Part shown: positions 26,268 to 35,616 of the stretch, piece by piece
How the letters are laid out: every line of letters begins with the position of its first letter
How positions within the stretch are numbered: position 1 is the stretch's first letter
Origin: a virus
Taxonomy: Duplodnaviria; Caudoviricetes
DNA: 64,000 nt
Direction: 5' to 3' (one strand)
IMG/VR virus record: IMGVR_UViG_3300025372_000639
Location: 32,001-96,000 of that record
Notes under the pieces: model-generated
Database searches by the model: none
The model's input: only the letters and a program-made list of their open reading frames with translations
What the model was told of the DNA's origin: nothing
Program-made: the position numbers and the translations under genes

Positions 26268-26873
26268 ATGCCAGCTACATTTTTAGTTAGCGATACCCAC
26301 TTCGGTCATATGGGCGTATGTCGCTTCACCCGTAATGACGGAGTAACAAAGTTAAGGCCATGGAATAGTCCTGAGGAAATGGACGAAGCCATGATCAAGG
26401 CATGGAACGAACGTGTTAAGCCCACGGATAAGGTTTACCACTTAGGTGACGTTGTTATCAACCGCAGAGCATTACCTACGTTAGCAAGGTTAAACGGCGA
26501 CAAAGTCTTAATCCGCGGTAACCATGACATCTTCCGTGATGATGAGTATAGACAATACTTCCGTGAGTTACGTGCTTATCACGTTGTAGAAGGTATGATT
26601 TTTAGTCATATCCCATTACACGCAGAATCATTAGGCCGTTTTGGTGTCAACGTTCACGGACACTTACACGCTAATCGAGTTAAGCGGGCTCGCGGTGTTG
26701 ATGCAAGGACTGGAGAAGTCTTATACAGCGATGAGAACGATGTTCGTTATCATTGTGTCTGTGTTGAACAAACTCCAGACTTTGCCCCTATCTTATTCGA
26801 AGATGTGAAGAATCGCATTGTTGAAGAAGGTGGTTCTATTACTTTTAAGAACGGCAACGGGCCGACAATGTAA
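26268..26873 (+). CDS. calcineurin-like metallophosphoesterase
   Basis: SDTHFGH, LGD, GNHD, SH.P, HGHLH. Confidence 0.9.
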   Translation: MPATFLVSDTHFGHMGVCRFTRNDGVTKLRPWNSPEEMDEAMIKAWNERVKPTDKVYHLGDVVINRRALPTLARLNGDKVLIRGNHDIFRDDEYRQYFRELRAYHVVEGMIFSHIPLHAESLGRFGVNVHGHLHANRVKRARGVDARTGEVLYSDENDVRYHCVCVEQTPDFAPILFEDVKNRIVEEGGSITFKNGNGPTM

Positions 26874-26874
26874 T

Positions 26875-27801
26875 ATGGATCTATTGTTCAATAATCATAT
26901 GAAAGGTTCCGGACACGGAAAGACTTGGAGGGTTGAACTCAGCTCTCCAAGTCGCCCTGTGGGCACATATTATCAAGAAGCCGTAAAGGCCGCTGAAATG
27001 ATTTGGGCACAACGACAAGGACCATTGTATGTCTGTTATAGCGGCGGACTTGATAGCGAGTTTGTATTAAGTTTATTCTTATCGTTAGGTATGAATATTA
27101 CTCCTGTGATCATGCGTACACAATACAATGATCCAGATACAAAGTATGCTTTTAAGTATTGCCAGGATAGGAATATTGAGCCCAAGGTTGTAGATTTAGA
27201 CTTTGACAAATTTGTTGAATCTGGAAAGATTGTTGACATAGCATTACAGATGAAATGTAGTGCTTATCAAATTCCTACCAATATGTGGTTGTGTAGCCAG
27301 TTAGACGGAACCGTGTTAACAGGAAATGATCCTCCCCATTTATCAAACAAAAACAATGTTTGGTATATGGATGAGGACGAGTGGAACCATACTCAGTTTA
27401 CCTATTTCAAAGAAAACAATATACACGGTACTCCGTTTTTCTTGCATTATACTCCAGAAATGGTTTTATCATTTTTGTTAGATCCTACTATACACCGTTT
27501 GGCGAATAATATGATTCCCGGAAAGTTAGGTACAAATTCTACAAAAGTCTTTGTCTATAACAACAATGATGGTGCATTTGAATTGGAAAATAGGCAAAAA
27601 TTACACGGGTATGAAGATGTCGAGTCTGCTCAAATATACAAACACCCTAACATCAAACTGATAAACGGTTTGAAAAGAAAGTGGTCAGGTGTTTGGGCAT
27701 GTCCGTATTATGATGTTGTCAAACAACTACAATCATTACAACCAGTTGTTAATATGCCAAACGAACTCAATAGTAATCGAAAGAATTGGTATCATCAATA
27801 A
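26875..27801 (+). CDS. PP-loop (adenine nucleotide alpha hydrolase) protein
   Basis: YSGGLDSE. Confidence 0.6.
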   Translation: MDLLFNNHMKGSGHGKTWRVELSSPSRPVGTYYQEAVKAAEMIWAQRQGPLYVCYSGGLDSEFVLSLFLSLGMNITPVIMRTQYNDPDTKYAFKYCQDRNIEPKVVDLDFDKFVESGKIVDIALQMKCSAYQIPTNMWLCSQLDGTVLTGNDPPHLSNKNNVWYMDEDEWNHTQFTYFKENNIHGTPFFLHYTPEMVLSFLLDPTIHRLANNMIPGKLGTNSTKVFVYNNNDGAFELENRQKLHGYEDVESAQIYKHPNIKLINGLKRKWSGVWACPYYDVVKQLQSLQPVVNMPNELNSNRKNWYHQ

Positions 27802-27827
27802 TTTGGACAAATAGTTAGAAAAAAGTG

Positions 27828-27856
27828 TTGACAAAGCGTAAAAAGTGCGCTATAAT
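27828..27856 (+). promoter_or_regulatory. sigma70-type promoter of the Ro-like operon
   Basis: TTGACA-17-TATAAT. Confidence 0.85.
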
Positions 27857-27885
27857 AAATGCTTAGTTAGAAACAAAAAGTTTTT

Positions 27886-27939
27886 AGGATCGATACAGCA
27901 ATCTTATTACATTCATAAAGTAAACAAAGACGATCCTGT
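27886..27939 (+). ncRNA. CAGCAA-motif RNA element 1 (5' UTR)
   Basis: AGGATCG-ATACAGCAA...CGATCCT-GT. Confidence 0.65.
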
Positions 27940-27962
27940 CATTTTAACGAAAGGAGAAAGAA

Positions 27963-29354
27963 ATGACTACATTCGCTGAAGCAGTTAAGTCTACCCCAGC
28001 GGTAGCTCGTACCGAAAACGGTATGAAGGCAAAGGCTCATTCGGGCAATGCCCTTGTAGACCTGTTCTACAAGATTGGTGCATCACGTGGTAAGTCTGTA
28101 ACCGCAGACTTCGAAAAGGCCTTCCAGGAAGATGCCGACCTAGCAATGAAAATTGCATTCTGGTCGCGTGACGTCCGTGGCGGTGCTGGTGAACGTCAGA
28201 TCTTTCGTGATGTACTTGTACATCTAGAAAAGTTGCATCCAGAAACTCTGGAAGCAGTTCTTCCTTTCGTATCCGAATTCGGTCGTTGGGATGATTTGCT
28301 AGTGTTCAAGACTGAAAAGTTCAAGCACATGGCATACACCCTAATCGGTGATGCTTTGCGTGAACGCAATGGTCTTTGCGCTAAGTGGATGCCACGTCAA
28401 GGTCCAATTGCAATCGAAATCCGTAACTTCTACGGCATGACACCTAAGCAATATCGTAAGAGCCTAGTTGCCCTTACTAATGTTGTTGAACAAAAGATGT
28501 GTGCTAAGGACTGGGACGGTATCGAATTCGGTAAGTTGCCATCGCTAGCTTCGGCTCGATACAACAAGGCATTCGCTAAGAACGCTACTGCGTCTTACGA
28601 AGCATACAAGGCTCGCTTGACTGCGGGTACAGACAAGGTAAACGCTAGTGCAGTTTACCCATACGATGTCATCAAGACCTTGCGTCATGGTGGCGATAGT
28701 GTGGTAGCAGATGCTCAATGGGCATCGTTGCCAAACTACATCGGCGATGCCAGCGTTATGCCTTTGGTTGACGTTTCTGGTTCGATGTGTTGCCCAGTTG
28801 GCGGAAACGCTAACCTGCAATGTATCGATGTTGCTTTGTCGTTGGGTCTGTACTGCGCTGATAAGAACACAGGTGTATTCAAGGATACATTCTTGACTTT
28901 CAGTGCTAAGCCAAAGGCACAAGTTGTTAAGGGTACACTTGCTCAGAAAATGAGCCAAATGAACTCTAGCGACTGGGGCATGAACACTAACCTACATGCG
29001 GCGTTTGACGAAATCTTACGCATCGCTGTTAAGGGTGGTGTGTCGCAAGACAACATGCCTAAGACTTTGCTGATCTTGTCAGACATGCAATTTGATGCTT
29101 GCATCAAGCACGATGACTCTGCTATGCAGATGATCAAGCGTAAGTACAAGGATGCAGGATACGAAGTTCCAAACGTTGTATTCTGGAACCTGAACAGCAA
29201 GGACAATGTCCCTGTTAAGTTCGACAAGCAAGGTACTGCTTTGGTGTCTGGATTCAGTCCAGCAGTTATGAAGGGCATCTTAAGTGGTGCTGACATGACT
29301 CCATATGGTATCATGCTAGCCACGGTTGACGTACCACGTTATTCCGTGTTATAA
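27963..29354 (+). CDS. TROVE/Ro60-like helical + vWA protein (DUF2828-type)
   Basis: TENG, RDVRGGAGER, FGRWDD, AKWMPR, MIDAS DVSGSM, SDMQFD, VFWNL; strong RBS. Confidence 0.8.
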   Translation: MTTFAEAVKSTPAVARTENGMKAKAHSGNALVDLFYKIGASRGKSVTADFEKAFQEDADLAMKIAFWSRDVRGGAGERQIFRDVLVHLEKLHPETLEAVLPFVSEFGRWDDLLVFKTEKFKHMAYTLIGDALRERNGLCAKWMPRQGPIAIEIRNFYGMTPKQYRKSLVALTNVVEQKMCAKDWDGIEFGKLPSLASARYNKAFAKNATASYEAYKARLTAGTDKVNASAVYPYDVIKTLRHGGDSVVADAQWASLPNYIGDASVMPLVDVSGSMCCPVGGNANLQCIDVALSLGLYCADKNTGVFKDTFLTFSAKPKAQVVKGTLAQKMSQMNSSDWGMNTNLHAAFDEILRIAVKGGVSQDNMPKTLLILSDMQFDACIKHDDSAMQMIKRKYKDAGYEVPNVVFWNLNSKDNVPVKFDKQGTALVSGFSPAVMKGILSGADMTPYGIMLATVDVPRYSVL

Positions 29355-29364
29355 ATAAAGTACG

Positions 29365-29523
29365 AGGTTAGGTTCAGCAATATTCAATAACATTGAACTG
29401 CTTACATCTATGTCAATAACTGGAGCCTTAATTGTCTTTGAAGGTTATTGACATATATGGATGTAAGATAAAGGAGTTTCGATATTCTCCTTGACAAAAA
29501 CAAAAAGTAGACAACTAGCCTGT
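29365..29523 (+). ncRNA. CAGCAA-motif RNA element 2
   Basis: AGGTTAG-GTTCAGCAA...CTAGCCT-GT; long internal hairpin and TTCGATA T-loop-like hairpin. Confidence 0.7.
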
Positions 29524-29533
29524 TTATTTTATT

Positions 29534-29719
29534 AGGATGGGTACAGCAATGTACTACTAACGAAGGTTTGGGGTAACCCGAACGGCTGGTCCGGCTTTAT
29601 AAGGACTTTGTGTCTAGTCGAGAAACTAGAATCGGGCGCTACCGATTAGCGATAGGGTCGGGGAGACACAAAAGTGATATCGACCAGAAAATAAATTAAT
29701 AAATCTCCAACCATCCTGT
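29534..29719 (+). ncRNA. CAGCAA-motif RNA element 3 with Y-RNA-like helix
   Basis: AGGATGG-GTACAGCAA...CCATCCT-GT; internal GGCTGGTCCG/TCGACCAG. Confidence 0.7.
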
Positions 29720-29749
29720 AAATAGGACTCTTCGGAGTCCTATTTTTTT
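29720..29749 (+). terminator. rho-independent terminator
   Basis: ATAGGACTC-TTCG-GAGTCCTAT followed by T-tract. Confidence 0.9.
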
Positions 29750-29763
29750 GACTTAAATATAGA

Positions 29764-30378
29764 ATGTGGATCGACAGCGATTACAAAGAAATAGGACCTA
29801 TAAACGAATTATTATTTGATCCGTTATTGTCCCTTATCAAAGATATCAATTGGAATAAGAAAGAATATCATAGATTATTCCACGAAATACCGTTAAGAAA
29901 TGGTAGAGTACTTATTCTTCCTTTTTCAATGTCTCCTGATATCACTTATACAACAGAACAACAAGCCGTTATAGATTGTATTGCTCCTATAACTCAGATA
30001 GTAACTGATACATTTTTTAATCTTAAAATAATAAGAGGAGAATTAGGAACATTACCGCCTGGCTCTTATCTACGAGACCATTTTGATGATAAAGTGTTCC
30101 ATGAAAGATGTGTAAGAGTGCATGTTCCTATTACTACCAATGATCAATGTTTTCAAATCTTTGAAGGTAGAAAGGTTCATTTTAACACAGGAAAAATATA
30201 CGAAATCAATAATAGGATAATGCATTCTGCAAACAATGAAGGCAAAACTATTAGGACTCATTTAATACTAGACCTGTTAGATCAAAATGACTCTAGTACT
30301 CCGTCGGATTTAATAAAAACTTCCATTCCTTCTGAGTATCGTAATCTTACAAAAAATCCTTTTAATATTTTAAAATAA
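29764..30378 (+). CDS. Asp/Asn beta-hydroxylase-like oxygenase
   Basis: DHFD, RVHVPITTN, YEINNRIMHSA.N...R.HLILD. Confidence 0.8.
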   Translation: MWIDSDYKEIGPINELLFDPLLSLIKDINWNKKEYHRLFHEIPLRNGRVLILPFSMSPDITYTTEQQAVIDCIAPITQIVTDTFFNLKIIRGELGTLPPGSYLRDHFDDKVFHERCVRVHVPITTNDQCFQIFEGRKVHFNTGKIYEINNRIMHSANNEGKTIRTHLILDLLDQNDSSTPSDLIKTSIPSEYRNLTKNPFNILK

Positions 30379-30417
30379 ATATTGATCTGTTTAACAATTC
30401 TGTCTATAATCTAAATA

Positions 30418-30882
30418 ATGAAACAAAAATTTATCAACCTTTACATGGATTGGGCAAAACGAACTGCCCAAATGAGTTACGCTCGAAGATTACAAGTAGG
30501 CGCTGTTATCGTAAAAGATGATAGTGTTATTAGTTATGGATATAACGGTATGCCGGCTGGTTGGGATAACAACTGCGAGGACGAAATTAAATGGCCTAAT
30601 GGACATATCGCCCACCTAACAACCAAACCTGAGGTATTACATGCAGAATCAAATGCTATTGCAAAATTGGCGAAGTCTCACAACTCTGGTGTTGGGGCTG
30701 ACTTATTTGTTACTCACAGCCCTTGTCTCCAGTGTGCCAAGCTCATTTATCAGTCAGGTATTCGTCGTGTGTTCTATAATGAAAACTATAGAGATGATGC
30801 TGGCATCAAGTTCTTAGAGAAGTCTGGAGTGGAGGTAATACAACCCCAACCAGATGTATCCGTGCCACCTCAGAGCAGTTAA
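30418..30882 (+). CDS. dCMP deaminase
   Basis: GYNG, HAESNAI, SPCLQC. Confidence 0.92.
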   Translation: MKQKFINLYMDWAKRTAQMSYARRLQVGAVIVKDDSVISYGYNGMPAGWDNNCEDEIKWPNGHIAHLTTKPEVLHAESNAIAKLAKSHNSGVGADLFVTHSPCLQCAKLIYQSGIRRVFYNENYRDDAGIKFLEKSGVEVIQPQPDVSVPPQSS

Positions 30883-31357
30883 TAAACGTATGTTTTTTAG
30901 TTGTATCAACATAGTATGAAGTGCCATCGGCAGGCATAAATTGCATACCATTGTCATCAGGAAACAACATTAAGCATTGTTTGTTTGTTATTATAGGTAT
31001 GTGTATTCTAGGGTATGGATCAGAATGTATGCTATAACATGTCTTAGGTTTCATGTACATTAACCTAGTTCTAACAATCCTGTACTCCGATAAAGATTGT
31101 AGCCACTGATCTATATATCCTCCTTTTAAAATAGGATTGATATACTTGTAATGAGGTTCAATTATCATACCTCCAGGTTTTTGAATTCTACCAGTAGATT
31201 CATACCACGCTTCATCGCTTGAATCAGTTGGATCTTTTACCTGTAGTCCTAATTGAAGAACATTATCAACAAACGGCATTTTGTCTAAGAGCCCCGTTAC
31301 CTCTGACACGAGTTCTTTGAACAGAGCAAATTTATTAATAGGTTGACATAGCATCAA
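30806..31357 (-). CDS. Asp/Asn beta-hydroxylase-like oxygenase
   Basis: YSIHSD, RIHIPIITN, HTFINC...RIHLV. Confidence 0.75.
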   Translation of the reverse strand: MMLCQPINKFALFKELVSEVTGLLDKMPFVDNVLQLGLQVKDPTDSSDEAWYESTGRIQKPGGMIIEPHYKYINPILKGGYIDQWLQSLSEYRIVRTRLMYMKPKTCYSIHSDPYPRIHIPIITNKQCLMLFPDDNGMQFMPADGTSYYVDTTKKHTFINCSEVARIHLVGVVLPPLQTSLRT

Positions 31358-31392
31358 GTATTTAAGTATACTATATCAAAGGAAATCACTAA

Positions 31393-32319
31393 ATGAAAAT
31401 TAAACCAATTGTACTTGCTATTTTAAGTGCATTGTCGTTACACACAGCAATCGCACAGACTCAGTTTGATCCAAGAAAAAAACCAGTTACCGTTATTATG
31501 CCGTTTGCACCCGGCGGTGGTGTGGATCAAACATTTAGACACCTGCAGAAATATGCTTCACAAAAAGGAATCACTCTAGTAGGAGTTTATAAGCCCGGTG
31601 CAGACGGACTTGTTTCAATGAGCGAGCTAGCGATTGAGCCAAGAGATGGTTATTATATCAGTGTGACTACTGCTGGAGTTATTGCCAATTATAGGCTACA
31701 TCATCCGTCGTCTGATGTTACTGCTATTACCACACTAAGAGATAGTGTTATGGCATTGGTGGTTAGCAACAAGAGTGAGATACAAGATATAAATCAATTA
31801 GAACGATACTTGCAACAAGGTAAGAAACTTAACTTAGGTTATGGAGCACCCGGACAGCAGATGTTCTTAGAACAATTATTTGAACTTGCAAAGGCCAAGG
31901 CTGGCTCTGTCATGGTGCCTTATAAAGGTGGCGGTCCTGTAGTCAATGATTTACTAGGCGGACACATAGACGTTGCCGCAGTGCCTCTTTCTATTGTAAA
32001 ATCTCATATCGATTCCGGTAAAGTAAAATTAGTAGGGCTAGCAAGTAGAGCTAAGTTTGAAGGTTATTCTACCGTACCATTAATGAAGAATAAATATCCC
32101 AAATGGGAAGAATTTGACGGATTTGCAGTAGTTGTTGAAAAAAATACAAATACAGAAGCAGTTACATGGTGGTCTAATTTCTTACATGAGTATGTTAACG
32201 ACGAAAATGTAAAGAAAGACTTTGTACAAGAATTTACCGTACCAACTGAGTTTGGTACTAAAACATTAGAAAATACTATCAAGTCCAGTATCAAACGCTT
32301 AGAGAAAAATGGACATTAA
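31393..32319 (+). CDS. tripartite tricarboxylate transporter substrate-binding protein (TctC/Bug)
   Basis: signal peptide, PFAPGGGVD, KPGADG, VPYKGGG...DLLGGHID. Confidence 0.88.
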   Translation: MKIKPIVLAILSALSLHTAIAQTQFDPRKKPVTVIMPFAPGGGVDQTFRHLQKYASQKGITLVGVYKPGADGLVSMSELAIEPRDGYYISVTTAGVIANYRLHHPSSDVTAITTLRDSVMALVVSNKSEIQDINQLERYLQQGKKLNLGYGAPGQQMFLEQLFELAKAKAGSVMVPYKGGGPVVNDLLGGHIDVAAVPLSIVKSHIDSGKVKLVGLASRAKFEGYSTVPLMKNKYPKWEEFDGFAVVVEKNTNTEAVTWWSNFLHEYVNDENVKKDFVQEFTVPTEFGTKTLENTIKSSIKRLEKNGH

Positions 32320-33073
32320 TACATACGTCAACAGAATAAAATATAAATCACTGCCTGAAGATTTTAATCATCAGGACGGTGTAAAATTTAAGAGCTCGTA
32401 CGAGTACACAAAAACATTTAGTAACTATCACTTTGACAAATTTCAAACAGAAGGTGACGGGGACTGGTATCATAGTCTAGGACGTTTTGAAGGCGATTGG
32501 ACCGATGATGTTGCTAAGATTATTGAGAAAAGTAAAGAGCTAGGATGGGATGAAAGCACAAAGTCGGGACTACGACCCGGATTCAAAGGTGGTCAAAGTC
32601 CTATGAAGGCACAAGAAGAATACGATCGCGTACAGCACGGACTTGACAAAACAGATCAAACTAATCTAGTACTTGAGAACTATCTAGATCAGTTTCCTAA
32701 AATTAAGGCAATGGTAGATCACTGGTGCTTGGAAAAAGTCAGTTATCGTGCTCATGTACAATGGCCTGGTCAGTTCTTTGGAGTACACATTGATAAACTA
32801 TGGCACCGCAATCCTGTAGACCCTGCTCGTATTGTTCGTATTATTATAAATCTTGCTGACTATGAACCGGGTCAAATAATAATGTACGGAAATAGCATAC
32901 TTAATCAATGGCATGCCGGAGATGTACATATTTTTGATACACTAAATGTTCCACACGGTACTGCTAATATCAGTATCTATCCTAGACCTAATTTAACAAT
33001 TACAGGGTTACGTACTCCAGAAACTGATGCTGTTCTAGCTGCCGCAAATAAAGATGCAAGGTATAAGATTTAA
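32309..33073 (+). CDS. 2OG-Fe(II) oxygenase-like protein
   Basis: Q.PGQ...HID, W.AGD, PHGTAN...R. Confidence 0.55.
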   Translation: MDINTYVNRIKYKSLPEDFNHQDGVKFKSSYEYTKTFSNYHFDKFQTEGDGDWYHSLGRFEGDWTDDVAKIIEKSKELGWDESTKSGLRPGFKGGQSPMKAQEEYDRVQHGLDKTDQTNLVLENYLDQFPKIKAMVDHWCLEKVSYRAHVQWPGQFFGVHIDKLWHRNPVDPARIVRIIINLADYEPGQIIMYGNSILNQWHAGDVHIFDTLNVPHGTANISIYPRPNLTITGLRTPETDAVLAAANKDARYKI

Positions 33074-33100
33074 AGGAACATGACCTTTATCAAAAGTTTC

Positions 33101-34036
33101 TCAACAAGTAATATGCTCTTGCCATTGCCTATTAGGCAACTTACCGCTTTTTAAATATTTAGAAAAGCAAAGACGATTTGAATTAGTTCCTCTATTGTAC
33201 TCGGGAAACTTTTCTTTTGATGTAGCAAAGAATACACACTTAGACGGTGTAACTCCTAATTGTTTACAAAATTCTTCTTGAGTTCTTCTATAGGTAATAT
33301 AGTTATAATCAGGACTATATCTATTAAGTAATTCTAATCCTACTGCGGCAGACAATCGATTAACATAGTTGTTCTTATTATAAACAAATAAAGGATCTCC
33401 GTTGTCCTCTCTTGTTAATCTCATACCTACTCGCATAAAACCTAACGGAAAGCACTTTGCTAAACTGAATGTGATATCAGTTATGCAACTATGATTAAAA
33501 TTCATAGTCAAACCAGCACAGGCTCCAAAGTAACAGCAATCGATTAACACAGGGACTCCTAATGTATCACATTGAGTTAGTATTTCTTCTAATAGAGGAT
33601 GTTCCTCACCTGTATCAGCAAATGGTAAACTTACTACAACTACATCATTGGAATCTACAACTTCGTCATCTAAGTACGGTGCAGGTGAAAAGTAACTCTT
33701 AGAGGCGGCGGCGTGATACATATATTCGCCTCGAAAATATCGTAATCTACGATTTTTATTTTTTAAGTAAAATTTATCAAAAGCTTCGGTAGACCCGTTT
33801 ACAAATGCCTTGGCTTGAAAATTCTCAAGACCTGTGATAGTGTTTAATTCTGTTTCTAAAATCCAATCATAAAATCTTTCTAAGAATTGATTGTGTATAT
33901 TAGTATCAGTTAAGCAGCCATTACGAGAGACATGTGAAATAACATCATTTACTTCATCTTCTAATTCTTTATTAGTGATGCTGTGAATACTACCGTATGG
34001 TAAACTTTTTAATTTTAGTAATTCTGCCGGAGTCAT
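33101..34036 (-). CDS. PLP-dependent aminotransferase-like protein
   Basis: GSTEAFD, LIDCCY, FSLAK.F...R.G. Confidence 0.65.
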   Translation of the reverse strand: MTPAELLKLKSLPYGSIHSITNKELEDEVNDVISHVSRNGCLTDTNIHNQFLERFYDWILETELNTITGLENFQAKAFVNGSTEAFDKFYLKNKNRRLRYFRGEYMYHAAASKSYFSPAPYLDDEVVDSNDVVVVSLPFADTGEEHPLLEEILTQCDTLGVPVLIDCCYFGACAGLTMNFNHSCITDITFSLAKCFPLGFMRVGMRLTREDNGDPLFVYNKNNYVNRLSAAVGLELLNRYSPDYNYITYRRTQEEFCKQLGVTPSKCVFFATSKEKFPEYNRGTNSNRLCFSKYLKSGKLPNRQWQEHITC

Positions 34037-35178
34037 GATTTGCTTACTAGATATTTTTTTGATGCTACCATCTTATATAACCTTTTTCCATCATTTATAG
34101 AGTGAAGTAATAAATCGGGACGTATTTGATCATAATGTGAATTACTCATATCAACGTAACTATCTTTAAACACAGATAGTTCATTATATTTCCATAACCA
34201 AAAATGTTTATCTGATCTATCTAATTGATCAGGTTTATTTGCTTGATATCTATCGGTCCAATTATCATAGATAATATGCCTTAGTTGTTTTTGTTGTTGT
34301 CCTAATTTATAAAGAAACGATCTAGCATTAGTACGTTCTTCTTTTGTAAACCTAAGTGCAATCATTTCTTCGTTTATTTTAAAAGCGTTAATAGCCACAC
34401 TGGCCATTTCAAAGGCTAAAATAGGAAATTTTGGACTCCAATAAAAATACTCTGTACCATAAACATTTTGAGGACACGGTGTACCCATGGTCACGGCAGA
34501 ATCATTGAACCACATGTATGCATTATTATCTTCAAACAATGTTTGAGGTTTATCAACTCCGTAAATCCCTGCTACTTTTTTACCCTGTTCTGTTAATTTA
34601 ATTTCATTAGGAGACCAAACAGCAAGAGATGTAACTTCGACATCGTGCCAATGATTAACAATGTTAAAGACCTCTTCTTTTCCTATAGAATCACGCTCCT
34701 TAAACCAGTCTACAATTTCAATTTTAATATTAGGATGATATTGTGAAACCTGATCAAGCACTGGTTTGATAGCATAATCCCACTCGCTTAGGTAGTTTAG
34801 TGCGGTAGGCTCTAAGATATTAGGTTTATAAATCCCACGATCGATAACATCATTTGCCCATTTAACACATATTTCATCTAAATGTATCCCGTTGTCTAAG
34901 AAAGATCGAAGTACATTATAACTATCAGCACCGCCCGAAAAGTACAAAATAAGATAATCGTAGCTATCTCGTAATTGCTGTGCCCTTTGTTTGTAAAGTT
35001 CTTTTAGTGGGAATTTACCAATTTGAGATCTGTCAAAATTTTCCCAGATATGATCAAAATATACAAAATGTACAGGTTGTTTGGTTTGGGTAGCGTTAAG
35101 TAAAGCATTATATTTGTTTATAAACTTTCTGTCTTCTACACGCCAGTACCCTTGTGGGTAATCATTAATAGGATCCAT
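34033..35178 (-). CDS. PP-loop (adenine nucleotide alpha hydrolase) protein
   Basis: YFSGGADS. Confidence 0.6.
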   Translation of the reverse strand: MDPINDYPQGYWRVEDRKFINKYNALLNATQTKQPVHFVYFDHIWENFDRSQIGKFPLKELYKQRAQQLRDSYDYLILYFSGGADSYNVLRSFLDNGIHLDEICVKWANDVIDRGIYKPNILEPTALNYLSEWDYAIKPVLDQVSQYHPNIKIEIVDWFKERDSIGKEEVFNIVNHWHDVEVTSLAVWSPNEIKLTEQGKKVAGIYGVDKPQTLFEDNNAYMWFNDSAVTMGTPCPQNVYGTEYFYWSPKFPILAFEMASVAINAFKINEEMIALRFTKEERTNARSFLYKLGQQQKQLRHIIYDNWTDRYQANKPDQLDRSDKHFWLWKYNELSVFKDSYVDMSNSHYDQIRPDLLLHSINDGKRLYKMVASKKYLVSKS

Positions 35179-35238
35179 GGTAGAATATTTATGGGTACCA
35201 TTTAGTGATAATATAAATACTGAAACTGGAGAGTTAGC

Positions 35239-35616
35239 ATGCCTTACATGTTATTACAAAATACATTTACTAGACCCACAACTGATATTCCATTTAGAGA
35301 TATAAATGGAACTAGTGAAACTGCGTTCATACAATCATTGAAAGACAACGGTACCCTATGGAATAGATGGGAAGAAACATCCGAAGATCAGTTAAGTATA
35401 ACTATTAATAATGTATTTTATATGGAATCCTACGGAGATGCTATGCTAGTTAATACTAATATCAGGATAGATCCAGGCTGGTACGATATTCATGTAGCAA
35501 CAGAAGAACATTGTTCAGCACACGGTGTGGTTAGGTCAAATATAATAAGAACATTATGCAACGACGATTTTGACCCAATTGAAATATACATTTACATCCC
35601 AATTGATGTATTCTGA
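35239..35616 (+). CDS. hypothetical protein
   Basis: TATAAATA promoter plus GGAG RBS. Confidence 0.6.
   Translation: MPYMLLQNTFTRPTTDIPFRDINGTSETAFIQSLKDNGTLWNRWEETSEDQLSITINNVFYMESYGDAMLVNTNIRIDPGWYDIHVATEEHCSAHGVVRSNIIRTLCNDDFDPIEIYIYIPIDVF

Noticed and set aside
28545-29323. Antisense and alternate-frame ORFs within the Ro-like gene (similarly 49125..49604 and 57819..58388)
   Set aside because: By-products of codon bias in the real plus-strand genes; no RBS or motifs
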